Shown in pieces: positions 14,225-28,184 of a stretch of 64,000 nt of DNA; the first letter of the stretch is position 1, and each line of letters starts with the position of its first letter. The stretch lies in assembly GCF_018350175.1 (NCBI RefSeq), contig NC_058368.1, positions 18,850,001-18,914,000 on the forward strand, given 5' to 3'. The translations under genes were made by a program, and so were the position numbers. Under the pieces are notes generated by a model, which saw only the letters and a list, made by a program, of their open reading frames with translations, searched no databases and was not told the DNA's origin. This stretch comes from Felis catus. Its lineage: Eukaryota.

Positions 14225-14345
14225 GCATTCATTCCAAATGGGCTCCGCTGCATGTCAGGCACTGTACTTGGCACTATGAATGAAGGATAAAGTAAAGCAC
14301 AGTCTCTGCTCTCAGGGAACTTAGATCCTGCTGGGAGATTCTGTA
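14225..14345 (-). mobile_element. L2 3' end
   Basis: cattcattc...atgtcaggcactgtacttggcact...agtctctgctctcagggaacttag. Confidence 0.7.
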
Positions 14346-14599
14346 ACCACAAACACAGCACTCAGCAGTCACTACTCCATTCTACTTAGCCGAGGACACA
14401 CAAATAATCAGTCCCCATACATTCAGTGTAACCTGTCCACTACTTAACCTCCTTTGGCGTCCAAAGTCATTTCTGTTGTTCCTGAGCATTTCCTAAAGTC
14501 TTACACCCTTCCAATACATGGCCACATAAAGTGGACTGAAGGTGTCAATAAATGAAACCTGCACATATAGACAGGGAATGAAATCTAAATCCTAGTAGT

Positions 14600-14745
14600 A
14601 GAAGGAACTACAGAGACAGAATAGCCCAATATTTTCATTTTACAGAACAAGGGCCCAAGGCAGAGACAAATTATATGAACTGCCTAGGGTCCTTCAACAA
14701 GGAAAGAGCTAAACCAGATTTAGAATCCAAATCTCCTAAATCTCT
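14600..14745 (-). mobile_element. MIR fragment
   Basis: cattttacaga...actgcctagggtc...gatttagaatccaaatctcct. Confidence 0.6.
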
Positions 14746-14924
14746 GCTCACCCCTTACCTGATAGGAACATGCCCTCCGTGACGTGTTAAATTCAGTCCA
14801 CAGTCACACGCAAACCCGAACTGATATTTCTTGGAGCATGGGAAATGACAAAAGCCAAAGACAACAAGGTAGCACCATATAATCTCATAACCAAATGCTT
14901 CCTTCAGCTGCTAACGTTTTTAGC

Positions 14925-15323
14925 ATTTGTGGTAAATAGAATTGTTGGTCCCAATTGTTCCCGTGCGGTTATTTCTATGGCCTCTTGCTGGATGAAGTGC
15001 ACTTTCCTCCTCCCTGATTTCAGGCTTAGTCATATGATTTGGTTTTGGTCAACGGTATGCTAGGGACTCTGGCACTGGCAGAGGCTTGAAACGAGCTTGC
15101 GTAGTAAGGCTCCCCCCTCCTGAGCATCTGACAGCATCATGAGGAGAACTTAGCCCAGAGAGTCACTGACCTTCTAGTCTGGGCCTCAAAGTGACAAACG
15201 GAGTGAGCTGCCCCAGGCAACGGAGCAAGAAATAAATGCTTGCGAGGTGTGAGCCAGTGTGAGCCACCGGGATGTTTTGTTGTTATTTTGTTGTTTGTTA
15301 TGCAGCAAGAGATGACTGATGTA
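14925..15323 (+). mobile_element. MLT1-type MaLR solo LTR
   Basis: caggcttagtcatatgatttggttttggtcaa...gcaagaaataaatgcttg...ttgtttgttatgcagcaagagatgactgat matches the MLT1 5' and 3' signatures. Confidence 0.8.
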
Positions 15324-16804
15324 CGCTATCTTATCCTTCAAGTCAAAACCCATACTTCTGGTTACCTGTCACTGCTGTATCCCCTTAGAGTATCAGCTTG
15401 CTGTTAAAGTAGCAATTACTTTATTCTTTTTTATTTCCATTTTACTAATTCCTCAGGGCCATCTTTTATTTGAATTACCTTCAGAAAAGAAAAGGTCTCC
15501 AAATTACAGTGTCATCTCCAAATGTTTTACTGATTCTTAAGGTAGGTATTATATAAGTGGGAGAAAACCATATCCTGTCAGTATCACCTCACAAAAAGCC
15601 TTCTTCCCCCTTCAAAGCAGTAAGATTTGTCACGATCACAGCTAATTTATTGAAAATAATTCTCAGCTCCTATGATGGATCCTAAAGATAGGTGGGAAGG
15701 AGTGCATCTATCTTTCAGTGCAGGTACCAAAGACTTTTAAAACGCTGCTTTAAAATCCTTAACTAGAATTAATGTTAAAATAAACCAATTTCTGGTATTT
15801 TTAAAGGGCCTCCAAATCAGGATAACACTGAACAATAAGACCCAATGTAAACATCCTTCGAGTTAGCCATCTCTTATTCCAGCACATAGCTCAATGTTGT
15901 TAAAACTGCTACAGCTTAATTAATTATAGTTCTCATTTGTAACTTTGGAAGCTGAGTAGACTTGAAATAAAATCACGTCTGGACCAACAGAACACACTAT
16001 GCAGCAGAGTCATCTGGAGGATGGAATACCAAACTAGGAACCTACCACAGATCTCCTTCTGCTTGTCACGACAAAGTCAACGTGTTTCCTTTCTTTATTC
16101 TTGTCTACAAAGTGACATACTTCCTCTTGAAAGGATGTAACTTCCAAGTTCACGTAGCGGTATATACAGTATCATACGCCTGGAGTGTGTATAGAATTAC
16201 AGGAGTTCGTGTACCTGTGAGTCCGTTTCTGCAACAGCGCAAAATACACAGGTTTGAAGGCATCTATTTTTTTCTGTCACACGAGTTGGTAATCTCCTTT
16301 AAAAAATGAAGGCTACTCATTTGTCATTTTGGACTACACACAGCTCATTAGAATTTGGCCAGGAAAACAAAGTGAAACATTACTCCTCGCTTTTGAACCA
16401 AGACCAGTAGAATAGCATTGTCTTCAAGGAAGACTGTATTTGCATATATTCAAACTGACATCTAAAGATATTCTTCAGCCGAAAAAAAAAATCCCTCAAA
16501 GCCAAAGTTCTTAGCATGGAGCAGAATTCAAGGGATTTAGTAAAGTGGTGGGCAACAAATAACATGCATTTTTATTTTCACTAACCTCTCACTGAAATTT
16601 AGCATTTCTTGCAATTATGAAAATAGGCAATGGAACACAGTATTAGCAAGTACCTGTGACTTTGACACGACTGGAAATTTGAGATCTTCACATCAGAGTT
16701 GCTATCAAAAATTCAAAATATTTATTTCCAGTGAGTACCTCAAAATTACAGTGACTCACCAGAAGAGCCTGTTATTTTAATACATTGATAAAGAAGCACA
16801 GCTA

Positions 16805-17010
16805 GAGCCTGGGTGGCTCAGTCAGTTAAGCGTTCGACTTTGGCTCAGGTCATGATCTCACCGTCTGTGGGTTTGGGCCCCGCATCGGGCTCTGTGCTGA
16901 CAGCTCAGAGCCTGGAGCCTGCTTCACATTCTGTGTCTCCCTCTCTCTGTCCCTTCTCCCGCTCACACTGTCTCTGTCTCTCAAGAAAATAAATAAACAT
17001 TAAAAAACAA
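16805..17010 (+). mobile_element. Can-SINE
   Basis: gcctgggtggctcagtcagttaagcg...aaataaataaacattaaaa. Confidence 0.96.
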
Positions 17011-17179
17011 ACAGCCAGAAGAAGCATATCTATTCCCATACAGTAAGTCTACTGGCTATAACCGGCTCTTTGTAATGTGTTGCACCCATGTGCCACATCC
17101 CTCTCTCTCCAGTCCTCCTTAACAGAAGACATCCCAAATGGGGAGGGAGACAGTACACTGGGGGAAGGGAGAGGAGATA

Positions 17180-17182
<3 letters not shown>

Positions 17183-17228
<46 letters not shown>
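17183..17228. repeat. (TG)n microsatellite
   Basis: About 23 perfect units. Confidence 0.98.
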
Positions 17229-17231
<3 letters not shown>

Positions 17232-18759
17232 CAGTGAAATTAAAAAATGGTAATTATGATGAGACATCTGTCTATTTGGCACCATCTAAAACCAGCAAGC
17301 AATAATTGTACAACAAGGGGGTGTTTAGTGTGTGAGGTTTAGGACAGTGTGCCAGAAAACCTAAAGCATCCAAGTTGTAAAACATTGTAATAAGCAGGTA
17401 ATCCTAGGCCCAGCGTCCAAGTTTCTGCCCTAACCTGTTCCTTGTGATTATGATTTTAAAACATCCCAGTGTCAGCAGGTTCACTGTGAGTCAGACCTGA
17501 AATAATAAATGGCTTATTTTCCATCCTGATGGAGGAAATACATCATGGCTCATTGTGGCTCACTTAACTGAGGCTGTTTTTACAGGAAAATATAAAAATA
17601 ACTAAGTCATTCTGCCTTACCATTTTTATTTTAATTTTTTTTATTAACAAAGCTCTATACTACAATCCACTTTAAAAAGAAAAAAAAGGCATGTTTTCCA
17701 CATACGCTATAAAAACAATACCTCGCAAGCAACTAGAAGGAAAAATAATATAAACACCCAGAAAGAAAATTAAATTTTTGACCAACAAACACCCTGGTGG
17801 GCCAAGATAACCAATTAAATGCCTTCACTTCATCAAGATAAAGTGCCGCTTATTTAAACTGTCAACCACATCATAATACTATTAAAAGACAGCCAAAATC
17901 TTTCACCACCATTTGTTAAGGCTGCCAGGTTTGATAAAACTGCAGTTATTTATACACAAATATACACATACATTCCAGAACCCAGAGTCTTGGCTGTTGC
18001 AATATCTCAAACTAAAAGTTAGGGAGAAAGTGACACCTTCACCAAAAATGAATGTATATTCAATGACATGTACACGGCATATAAACCATAAAGCCCATTA
18101 TGTCTGCAGATAAAATAACCAGAATGAGGGAGCAGCATATTCTAGGAACAATGAGTTTGTTCTGTCCTGCTATTTAAACTCATTCTATGTGACCTTATGG
18201 GTTCTAGAGACCAGTGATGACAACACTTCAGAACGTGATCTTGTTTGTAAGCCAGAACTGTGCTAGAGTGGGTTCAGTACAAACAAAACAAAACAAAACA
18301 AAACAAAGCCCACAAAACTCTACAAGACATCATCACCGTAGCCAATATTAGGTACATTCAGTGTGTTGGCAAGATATGGCCAATAAATTTAGAATTCTGG
18401 AAGACTCTCAGTGTAGAACACATAGCTCCACTGACTGTTTACATTAAGGGAGTTAAGCCACCTTCCATCTCCTCTTGAAAGGATGCTCAGAGGTAGAAAA
18501 CCCCACCAGGTGTGCCCACGGACTTACATGCCTGTTCCCTTCTCACCTGACTCTCCTTATGCCCCTAAACATGAATAGGAAGATGCGGAAAGGCAAACAG
18601 AAGGCATATTTTGGTATGTTGTTCTCATTTCCAAGACTTTTATGGCACAAACTCTGTGCTCTCTCATGAGCCTTGTTATCTCACTCCTCCCCATCACAGC
18701 TATAGAATTATCAATACCAAAAAGCTCCTAAGAACTAGGGGGCTAAATTTTGCCCTGCC

Positions 18760-18990
18760 TTCTGCAGGAATTACCCAGGGCAGAGCCAGTAGACTCTCAG
18801 AGGCCTGGGAGTGAAATACACTTGGGCGTTCCCACTCTCCATCTTTGCATTTTGTAGCAGTCACTCCGTGGAGACCTCGAGTCTCATCCACAAAACCTGG
18901 GGCTTCACCACCTCTCCCATGGGGTTCTACAAAGCTCAAGTGGGATAGAGCAGGGCAGGCACACGGCACATCACAGACACTTAAATATTA
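18760..18990 (+). mobile_element. MIR fragment (diverged)
   Basis: gagccagtagactctcagaggcctgggagtgaaat...cctcgagtctcatcc...ggcacatcacagacactta. Confidence 0.5.
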
Positions 18991-19475
18991 AGAGAATATG
19001 CCATTAATGGGGGAGAAAAATATTACAGTCTCCATGAATCTATAAAATTAAGTACCAGGATGACACCTCAGGATTTCACACTTAAAGGAAAAATACAGAA
19101 GGGATTCTTTATATATGCATGTGTGTTACACATACGAGCACACGCAAACACACACACAAGTGCAAGCATACCTAAGGAGGTATCTTGTAAAAAACAAAGT
19201 TGACCCTACAATTTCTGTGGCCAAAATATTTTACAGTCCTAGGCACAAGGGTTGCTTGTTTTTTTCAAAGTCCATTCCATCACTGATATCAAGTAATCTA
19301 GAATTTTAATGGCAACGTTTTAAAGACGAATGACCCACCAACTCTGCTTTCCCATACTCCTTTCATTAGCAAGACCGAAGGCCAAGAAGTAAACTTTCAC
19401 CAGCCACAATTTTAAGAAATTGGCCAGATGATCCCAAGGATCTGAACCTTGGGATCCTCATTAAAAGAACACCTA

Positions 19476-19769
19476 GAGGCACCTGGGTGGCTCAGGGAGT
19501 TGAGTGTCTTGATTTTGGCTCAGGTCGTGATCCCAGGGTCATGGGATTGAGCCCCGTGTCCACGCACAGCACGCAGCCTGTTTGGGATTTTCTCTCTTTC
19601 CCTCTCCCCCTCTCTTTCTATCTCTAAAAAAAGGAGGGGGGGGGGTGTGCCTGGGTGGCTCAGCGGGTTGAGCATCTGACTCTTGATTTCAGCTCAGGTC
19701 TGGAACTCATGGTTCGTGGGTTCAAGCCCCGTGTCAGGCTCAGCGCTGGCAGGGCAGAGCCTGCTTGAG

Positions 19770-19831
<62 letters not shown>

Positions 19832-19889
19832 CTCCCCTGCTTCAAAATAAATAAACTTTTAAAAAAGAGAGAGAGAACAAGAAAAAAGA
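19476..19889 (+). mobile_element. Two tandem Can-SINEs (19476-19632 and 19641-19889); the second carries about (CT)28
   Basis: Two SINEC heads. One TSD, aaaagaacacct (19463-19474 and 19890-19901), encloses both. Confidence 0.95.
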
Positions 19890-21884
19890 AAAAGAACACC
19901 TCATGCATATAACTCTTATTTCTCCATTAGGATGATCGCTATAGGTCGTGACACACAACAGAGTTAAAAGTGTCCTCTTTTGGGGGTTGTGGCATGTGTG
20001 TTGGGGGCAGGGTTTGTGTGATGAACAAACAGCTAGAAGTAGAAAGAGACAGTGAAAAGGCCAGTGGCTTGTCATCTCTCTCTCTCAGGCACATAAGAAT
20101 GTGACATAGTTACATGTGGTTTGCAAGAGGCCTCCTCCCTTTACAAGCTGCTTCTCCAGCCCATCCCCAACCTAAATCAATTTTTATTTTCAGTTTGGTG
20201 TTAAAAAAAAGAAAAAAAAGTTACCACACACAGAGGGACTTTAAGTCTGAGACTTTAATCACATCAAAGTCTGGAACTTCAAAGTTGCAGTTCCCACAGC
20301 AACAGCAACTCTGCGCCCATCTGCAATTTGAGTGTTACTGTATATGACAGTCTCTCTGATTTAAGACCTTGATATGTGTGTGGGCAAGGCGGCCAAGTCA
20401 CAGGCACTATGAATTTGAATTTCCTGGCTCTCACTTGGGTGAGTTTAGTGGGTGATTATGGGGCGTTAGCATCTGCATTTAAAACAGGTCCCCAAAGAGG
20501 AAGCACATTCAGGTCACTTGAACAAACAGGAGTGTGGGCCACACCAGAACCATCTGACTGACCGCCTGGCAGACCAGTCTCTGCAGTTGTACAGTCTTCA
20601 ACAGAATCCAGTGACCAGGACCGACAGGATGGCGCTCCCAGGATTTCAAGTTGCACCCTAATGGCTGGCACCATTAAATGGCTCGTTTTTGTTTTTTTTT
20701 CTAAGCGGCTGTGAAGAGCTTTAACAGACAGAAGAGAAAGTAAATCAAACCCCCTCTTTAAAGAGAAAAAAAAAACAGAAGAAAAAAAAAAAAACTAGCA
20801 TCAAACCCAGCATTTGAACAACTGGCAGTCACCTTTCCTCTACCACGCAACACAGTGGTTTCCAAAGGTATTTTCCAGCAGTCTAGTTCCTGATTTCAGT
20901 GGCCACTCTGTTTCAGGAATAAGAGCAAAATTCAATACGAAGACGAATGTTGGAAAAGTCCCCGGGAACTAACTCAGCACCAATGGTTATGTGCAAGTTC
21001 AGCCGGCCACACAGGTGCTTCTAAATACCAGTGTTTGCTGTATGTTTGGTCCCTACTATCCCCATGTCCTTCAGTGGCAGAAAATGTTGAGGCTAGATAC
21101 ATTTAATCATCAGAGTATGTGCTGACCATGAGCTAAGTCCACTTTAGAAAGACGAGGGCACTGATGGGAATGTGACCACCATTTCAAAGCACATCCTGCA
21201 GTCTGGTGGCACTGCATTTCATTCATCTGAAAACACTACCCAGAGAGCAGCTCCCTGACTCAAGGTCCCTGGTAACTTAAAAGACTTAAAAATACAGTCA
21301 GGCCCCCTCACTTTCCAAATAGGCCAAGTAAGGAACAGAGGGCTCCTTAGAACAAATCTTCTTGGAGAGGATGTTGACACTGAGACTGATGCTAGAGGGA
21401 TTTCGGCGCTGTGCACTCAGCAGAAGCCCCAGGCCCCAGGCCCCTTGGCTGAGAAACACTGCCAGGTATGGTGGCAATACCCTCTTTTCTGCCGGCCAGC
21501 CTCCCTGCAGAAAACAGACTATCTGGACAACATTAAACCAGAAAGTCAGGGCAGAAAGAAAATGACGCAAGTCGAAAACTAATCTACAGACACAGAGACC
21601 CTCTCAGGCCCTCATGGGGAGCTTGCTAGATTTAAACTCTGTACAAAATAGGGTCAGTTATTCAACCTGTATACCCTGTTTATACAGGTTCTCCTGAGAA
21701 CCGCATTCCTTCCTAGCTTGAAGACCAGTTTTAAGGAGCTAGGAGACCAATCGGTACACAGCTGAAAAGAGGGGTTTCAAAAGCCTTATGACACAGAAAA
21801 GGTGCATGTTCCCAATGACCACCCCAATCACCCCAGTAAGGTAGAAGGCACATAGTGAATTCAGAGGTATAGGAAAAGTATACT

Positions 21885-22640
21885 CATGCAATAAACAGTT
21901 GCTGGGCACCAACTATGTCCTGGGTTCAAAGGAATGGATGTAACAGAAAATGCTTGCCTTCATGGAGCCCAAGCTCTAGAGGGGGGACAGACAAGCAGAA
22001 TGCACGCAGTAGGTCAGGTGGCAATAAACGTCACAATGAAAAATAAAGGAGAGAGGAAAATGGTGGGGAATGTACTGGGGATGGGGGAGATTACAATTAT
22101 CAACAAAGTGGTCAGGGAAAGTCACACAGAAAGGAGAACATCTGAGTAACAAAGGTGAGGTAAAGAAGTCGGCCGTTCAGACACCTGGAGAAGAGAGTTA
22201 CAGAGGCAAAGGACAGTGCCAAAGTTCTGGGGCAGAAGGATGCTTGGCCTGTAAGGAGGTCAGTGTGATCAGAAGGATACCAAGGGGAGGGATATGAGGT
22301 CAGAGAAATGACTGGGGGGGTCAGGCCATCGGAGCCCCATACGTCACTGGAGGAATCTCAGCTTTTTTTTTTTTTTTTAATGATTTGATTAATCTCTACA
22401 CCCAACATGGGGCTCGAACTTACAACCCCTACATCAAGAGTTGCATGCTCTACCAACTGAGGCAGCCAGGCTGATGGGAAGCAAAGGCAGAAGCAGGAAC
22501 CCAGTTAGGAGACACAACAAGCAACTGGTGAGAAATCATACCGCTTGGACCAGGGGCCAGCAGTAGAGGAGGAAAAGTGGAAGTAAATCTGAACATATTT
22601 TGAAGGTAGAGAGGGCAGAATTGGCTAATAAAACTGCACG
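21885..22640 (-). mobile_element. L2 fragment interrupted by a short Can-SINE
   Basis: ctgggcaccaactatgtcctggg...tgccttcatggagc...gtggtcagggaaag...agtgccaaagttctggggcag...aaatctgaacatattttgaaggtagag. Confidence 0.8.
22363..22471 (-). mobile_element. Short tRNA-Lys-like Can-SINE
   Basis: T-tail, then taatctctacacccaacatggggctcgaac...gcatgctctaccaactgaggcagccagg. Confidence 0.92.
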
Positions 22641-23515
22641 TGGGGTGGAGAGGGAAAGGAAAAAGGTCTTCTTTCTGAATTCAAAAGTATTAGTTGGAAT
22701 ATTTACTTGAATGGAACACAAATATCTTTAGCAGACCATGCTGAATTCTCTCAGAGAGCTCTACAAAGACTCTAATGTTTGAAGAAGTATGAAGGAGAGA
22801 GATGGAAATATTGATAAAAAGACAAGAATCAAAACAGGTACCTCTAGAAAGTTCTTGAGAAGGAAATGAGTCTTGAGGAGGAAAGAATGTAGGTCTAATG
22901 AAGAGTAAGGGAAAAAAATTTCAGACGAAGAAAGCAAAATACACATAGGTTAGGACAAGAAGTCTATCAGTAAAATCATAGGTAGGAGGAGCAGAAAGGA
23001 CATCTCGTAATGGAGAGACACTGGATGGTACAAAAAGGGTACGACAGGGAATATTATTTATTGTAAGAGGTAAATGTTAGAAGCTACCACATAGGAGCCT
23101 GCAGTACAGAGGGGAGAGATGAATGAAGCTTTGCCCCTGTGCTAAGGACACAGCAGATCAGTGAGTCAGGGTGGGCACAAGGGCAAAAAAACACAGTAAA
23201 ATGAAGACCTAAAAGAGACCCAAGGAATGAAAATAATAAACTGGCATTACTTGGTAGTCCGGGTGGGGGTCTGGAGGCAGAGGAAATATGTGGGAAAAAG
23301 CAGCAACTAACCTCCAGTTCCAATTGCAATTCACTGGTACTGGTTGCTCAACTGTTACAGGAAACACAAGACAAATTCCGAGTTTTTCAGGTGTTCTTTT
23401 TTCAAGTTATATCCCTTCTGTTCTAGAGTGCCTGCCCTAACACGCAAACACATACACAGACATTCCCTACCTACCTTGCCGAATCCAAATCACTTTAAAT
23501 ATTAAAAAAACTTCA

Positions 23516-24205
23516 GGGGCGCCTGAGTGGCTCAGTCGGTTAAGCATCTGACTTCAGCTCAGGTCATGATCTCACGGTTCTTGAGTTCGAGCCCCGCATG
23601 GGGCTCTGGGCTGACAGCCCGGAGCCTGGAGCCCGCTTCAGATTCTGTGTCTCCCTCGGTCTGCCCCTCCACTGCTTGCGCTCTGTCTCTCGCATTGTCT
23701 CAAAAACAAATAAACATTAAAAAATTTTTTCTTGGGGCGCCTGGGTGGCGCAGTCGGTTAAGCGTCCAACTTCAGCCAGGTCACGATCTCGTGGTCCGTG
23801 AGTTCGAGCCCCACGTCGGGCTCTGGGCTGATGGCTCAGAGCCTGGAGCCTGTTTCCGATTCTGTGTCTCCCTCTCTCTCTGCCCCTCCCCCGTTCATGC
23901 TCTGTCTCTCTCTGTCCCAAAAATAAATAAAAATGTTAAAAAAAAAATTTTTTTTTTTTTTCTTAAAAATTAGGCAGGGGCGCATGGATGGCAGGGGCGC
24001 ATGGATGGTTAAGTGTCCAACTTTGGCTCATATCATGATCTAGTGGTTTGTGAGTTCCAGTCTCCCAGGCTGTCTGCTGTCAGCACAGAGCCTGCCTCGG
24101 ATCCTCTGTCCCACTCTCTGCCCCACCCCCACTCACCCATGCACTCTCTCTCTCTCTCTCTCTCTCTCAAAAATAAACTTTTAAAATATAATAAATAATA
24201 AAAAA
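23516..24205 (+). mobile_element. Cluster of three Can-SINEs (23516-23722; young copy 23734-23947; 23977-24205)
   Basis: Three SINEC heads and tails in tandem. The middle copy has the TGGCGCAG / CAGCCAGG diagnostics. Confidence 0.96.
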
Positions 24206-25179
24206 CCTAAACAGACTTTTAAAATATTATATATACAAAAGTACTCATCTTTGCATTGGACAATTCAATTAAAATCTCTACATGGAATCCAAATGGGATA
24301 ATAGGAAGAGAAACTGTGTTTTAGGGAACAGTGAATAAGGGAATAGAAAGGTGAAAGGGTACTAAGAGTACCCTAAGGGTACCACTAAAAGGAAAGGGGA
24401 CATCATGCAGACCTCAGACTCTTTGGACAGAAAAGAAGACCAAATAACATGTTCCTGGTATCCAAGGGCCAGATGGGAAATATAGCCCCAGTCAGTACAG
24501 ACAACGGAGCCACAGTACTCAAGCCTCAACAGGCCAGCATCTCTGCTGTCCTCACTTATATTTGGATGAAGGAACAAGAGAAAAAATATCAAATGAGTGG
24601 TTAGGACGAAAAGAAACCATGATCTGAAAATAGAAGAGTCCGGTAATAATGCTGAATGACTAAGAAATTAATTTTTAATTTCAGAGTTTCCTAAGCGATG
24701 AAAGCATGGGTATTCTATGCCATATACGGCACAACAAATGACATATTTGAAAAGATCTGGAGAGAATGAGAGCTCTAGTGTATAAGCCTAAAACTACCAT
24801 GAACGAGAAATGAAGAGTTCTAGACCTCTCACACACTTTGGGCCACTGAACAAATAACACCACTTCAGCCTCATTCTTTCACGGAAAAAATAGAGACCAA
24901 TGTGTTAAACACCTGTCAAAATGACAACGTCCACATTTCCAGGTATTTCTTCCAGACAAGTTCAAGAATTAAGAACGTTAAACGTACAAGTATAAACACC
25001 ACTTCATAACAAAATAAAAGCTCTTCATTCTTCTAAGCTCCCGAGAGCTGTGTTCCATGTTGCAGGATTATGTTTTGGTGGGTGATTTTGCTCAACTGGA
25101 TGATGAAGGCAGAGAGAATAGAACTTGTCATTTTACTGAAGACCAGAGTTACAAAACTGAAGACGGTATAACACTTGAA

Positions 25180-25390
25180 ACTAAGAGCTTTGGAGACTGG
25201 CCTGGATGTGATTCCAGATTGTCCTTTTTATTAACCACATTACTTCCTGAAATACCTAAGCCTTGATTTCCACTTTAAGGAAGGGCAATACTGACATCAT
25301 CTACTTTATATGGCTTGACTGAGAGTTAGAATTAGATATGCCCTTACCATCTAGTACAAAATAAGCACTAAAAAGCAGCCATCTCATTAG
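25180..25390 (+). mobile_element. MIR fragment
   Basis: gagctttggagactg...cctaagccttgatttccac...aataagcactaaaaa. Confidence 0.55.
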
Positions 25391-26769
25391 CTCATCTATA
25401 CTGAAGCTCAATTTTTACTTCTATTGGCATTCCAGCAGTAGAAAGCAGTAGAAAAAAACAGGGTTCTTCCAAATCCTTAAAACCCTGAAGCACTCTGTGA
25501 GACTGGCAGTTGTTCAATATTATTGAATAGCATTACATAATTATTTGTATATGGTATTATAAAAGATTTGTATCCTAATTAATGAGCATGACATTTGTCT
25601 CTTTATAGAACAGCCCATATTCCATTAAAGACTTTTCCTTCATTCTAAAATTAAAATCTCAAATTTCACAACTGTGGGAAAATGGTACACTTACAAAGAG
25701 GGTGTTTATTAAAACACAAAACAAAACAAAACCAACAACTCTGAAACGGCTAAGTCTCACCATGACACCCTTAAGATACAGAACTCCTGAATACCAGCTC
25801 ACCCATGAAGTTTCTTTTCTGGCAAAAGGCAAATCTAAATCTGCCTTTCCCAAATCAAAGATCCCTAAACAAAATCACCATACCTTCTGCCAATTCTGCC
25901 TAAATCCACTATTCCCTAAACCCATTTCCTCAACTACAAAACAGGGTTAATAGCAGGTAGTTACTTCAGGATTATATAATGATTAAAGAAAATAATAATA
26001 AAGCGCATAGTTCTTTGCCAAACATACAAAGCGATTAAAAAAACAAAACAAAAAATTAGCTTTTTGTTATTACTACTGAAAAACTTCAACCCTTTGCAAA
26101 TTATTTCCCAGTTTAATCCTATCTTACCCATTCCCCAAGAACTATTAGAGCTGTAAGTGCGGGAGGGGGAAGGATGCTCTGCACATTAATAATCTCCACT
26201 TAGGGGGAGACTCCCCAGGGCATTCTCTGCATCCAGGGTTAGATTCAGAGGTTTAAGCCTATGTCAATCATTTTATTTGGCTTTAAGTATGCTAATGGTT
26301 AGCACATTTACACAAATTCTCAACTGAGAGAATATCTTTTATCAAGAGTACTACTAAATCAAAACAAACAACCTAATTTGCATTTATTCACCTTTCCTTG
26401 AATCCTCCAATGGGAAAGTTAAAAAAACAATGAAATGTAGGGGAAAGGGGAAAAGGAACAACGAAAATGGGAAACCGACTTCTGAAAAATAACACAATCA
26501 TATTGAAATACATTTTTCCAACCACCAAAAACATGACTGTAAAACATTAATCCATTGGTAGGCCACTCCATGAACACAGGCTTTTTCAAGTGACTCTGAG
26601 GATCACTGTGGAGCATTAGGTTTTTTTGTTTTGTTTTGTTTTTTTACTGTTGCCCTTATTAATAAACCTTTTCTCCATCTGTGTGTATACCATGATAACC
26701 CAGAGAAGGCAGAGCAGCCAACCTGACAAGAAGCAAAATGAGACCAGCCAGAAAATCAACAATAGAATT

Positions 26770-27200
26770 AAATTACACTGACAAGTTAGAACGCTGGGTT
26801 AAAAATCAAGATGAAATTGAAAGTTCAACAGAATTATAAAACAAAGAGGTAGGTAACAGAAACGTTTGCTGACTGCAGGCTTCAAATGAACCATCACAGT
26901 GATACAGATACTCAACAAGCTGTCAGGGTCTTAGGCTGCATTAACCCAAGTAGAGTTTTGAGATCACAGAAAATTAAAATCGTATTGTGCTCAGAACTGG
27001 CCACGTTATAGCTAGAGGATAGCTGAGCTCTTTATTAACACGATCTAAGAAGGACAGTGATAAATGAAAGTGCATCCCATAAAAGAAATGGAGGCCAATA
27101 CTGCAAAGAAGTCCCACATCTCCACAGGAGATGCTGAAAGGAGATATAACCTAATCTCAAGTCTAAGATTTCATGCACCTGGGAATTGTCACCACACTGC
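26770..27200 (+). mobile_element. L3/CR1 fragment
   Basis: gacaagttagaacgctggg...gatgaaatt and ttaggctgcattaacccaagtagag...agatcacag...ctcagaactggcca resemble CR1/L3 ORF2. Confidence 0.6.
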
Positions 27201-27244
27201 AGCCCGATAGTGTCATCCACAGAAAGCAGGTTAGTAGTGCGATC

Positions 27245-27877
27245 AAAGCTACTGGCAATGAAATCAAAAACACAAGAAACACGGGCGCCTGGGTGGCTCA
27301 GTCAGTTAAGCGTCTGACTTCAGCTCAGGTCGTAATCTCACAGTTTGTGGGTTCAAGCCCCACATAGGGCTCTGTGGTGACAGCCCAGAGCCTGCAGCCT
27401 GCTTCGAATGCTGCATCTCCTTCTCTCTCTGCCCGTCCCCACCCTCTCAAAAACATTTAAAAAAAAATTTTTTTTTTAATTAAAAAAAACCCACAAGAAA
27501 CAACAAGTGTTGGTGAGGATGGAGAGAAAAAGGAACCCTCACGCACTGTTGGTAGAACGCAAACTGATACAGTCACTTTGGAAAACAGTCTGGAGGTTCC
27601 TCAAAAAATTAAAAATAGAACTACCCTATAACCCAGCAATCACACTACTGGGTATTTACTTAAAAAAATACAAAAACACTACTCCAAAGGGATACATATG
27701 TTTATTGCAGCATTATTTACAATAGCCAAAGTATGGAAACAGCCTAAGTGTCCATCAATAAATGAGTAGTTGAAAATGTGGGGTGTGTGTGTGTAATGGA
27801 ATATTATTCAGCCACAGAAAAGAATGCAATCCTCCCACATGAAACAACATGGATGGAGCTACAGACTAAAATGCTAT
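27245..27877 (+). mobile_element. L1 fragment (ORF2 C-terminal region) interrupted by a Can-SINE
   Basis: caagtgttggtgaggatggagagaaaaaggaaccctc...ggaggttcctcaaaaaattaaaaatagaacta. The translation LWKTVWRFLKKLKIELPYNPAITLLGIY is L1 ORF2-like. Confidence 0.93.
27283..27489 (+). mobile_element. Can-SINE nested in L1
   Basis: TSD cacaagaaaca at 27271-27281 and 27492-27502. Confidence 0.96.
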
Positions 27878-27963
27878 ATAGCATAGATACATATAATGTT
27901 GGAATTACCCATGCTCCCCATCTAATAGCTTTTTGTAAACATGTGAAAGGATATAGAATTACA

Positions 27964-28150
27964 GGGGCACCTGGGTGGCTCAGTCACCTGAGCATCTGGC
28001 GCTTGGTTTTGGCTCAGGTCATGATCTCATAGGTTCGTGAGTTCGAGCCCCACGTCAGGCTCCCTGCTGACAGTAGGAATTCTCTCTTCCTCTCATGCTA
28101 TCCCTTCTCCGCTCACACACACCAAGTGGGCACGAATGCACATGTTAGTG

Positions 28151-28184
<34 letters not shown>

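Noticed and set aside
27507..27725. L1 ORF2-like ORFs (also 36124-36369) as functional genes
   Set aside because: They are short, frameshifted fragments of dead L1 copies interrupted by SINEs.
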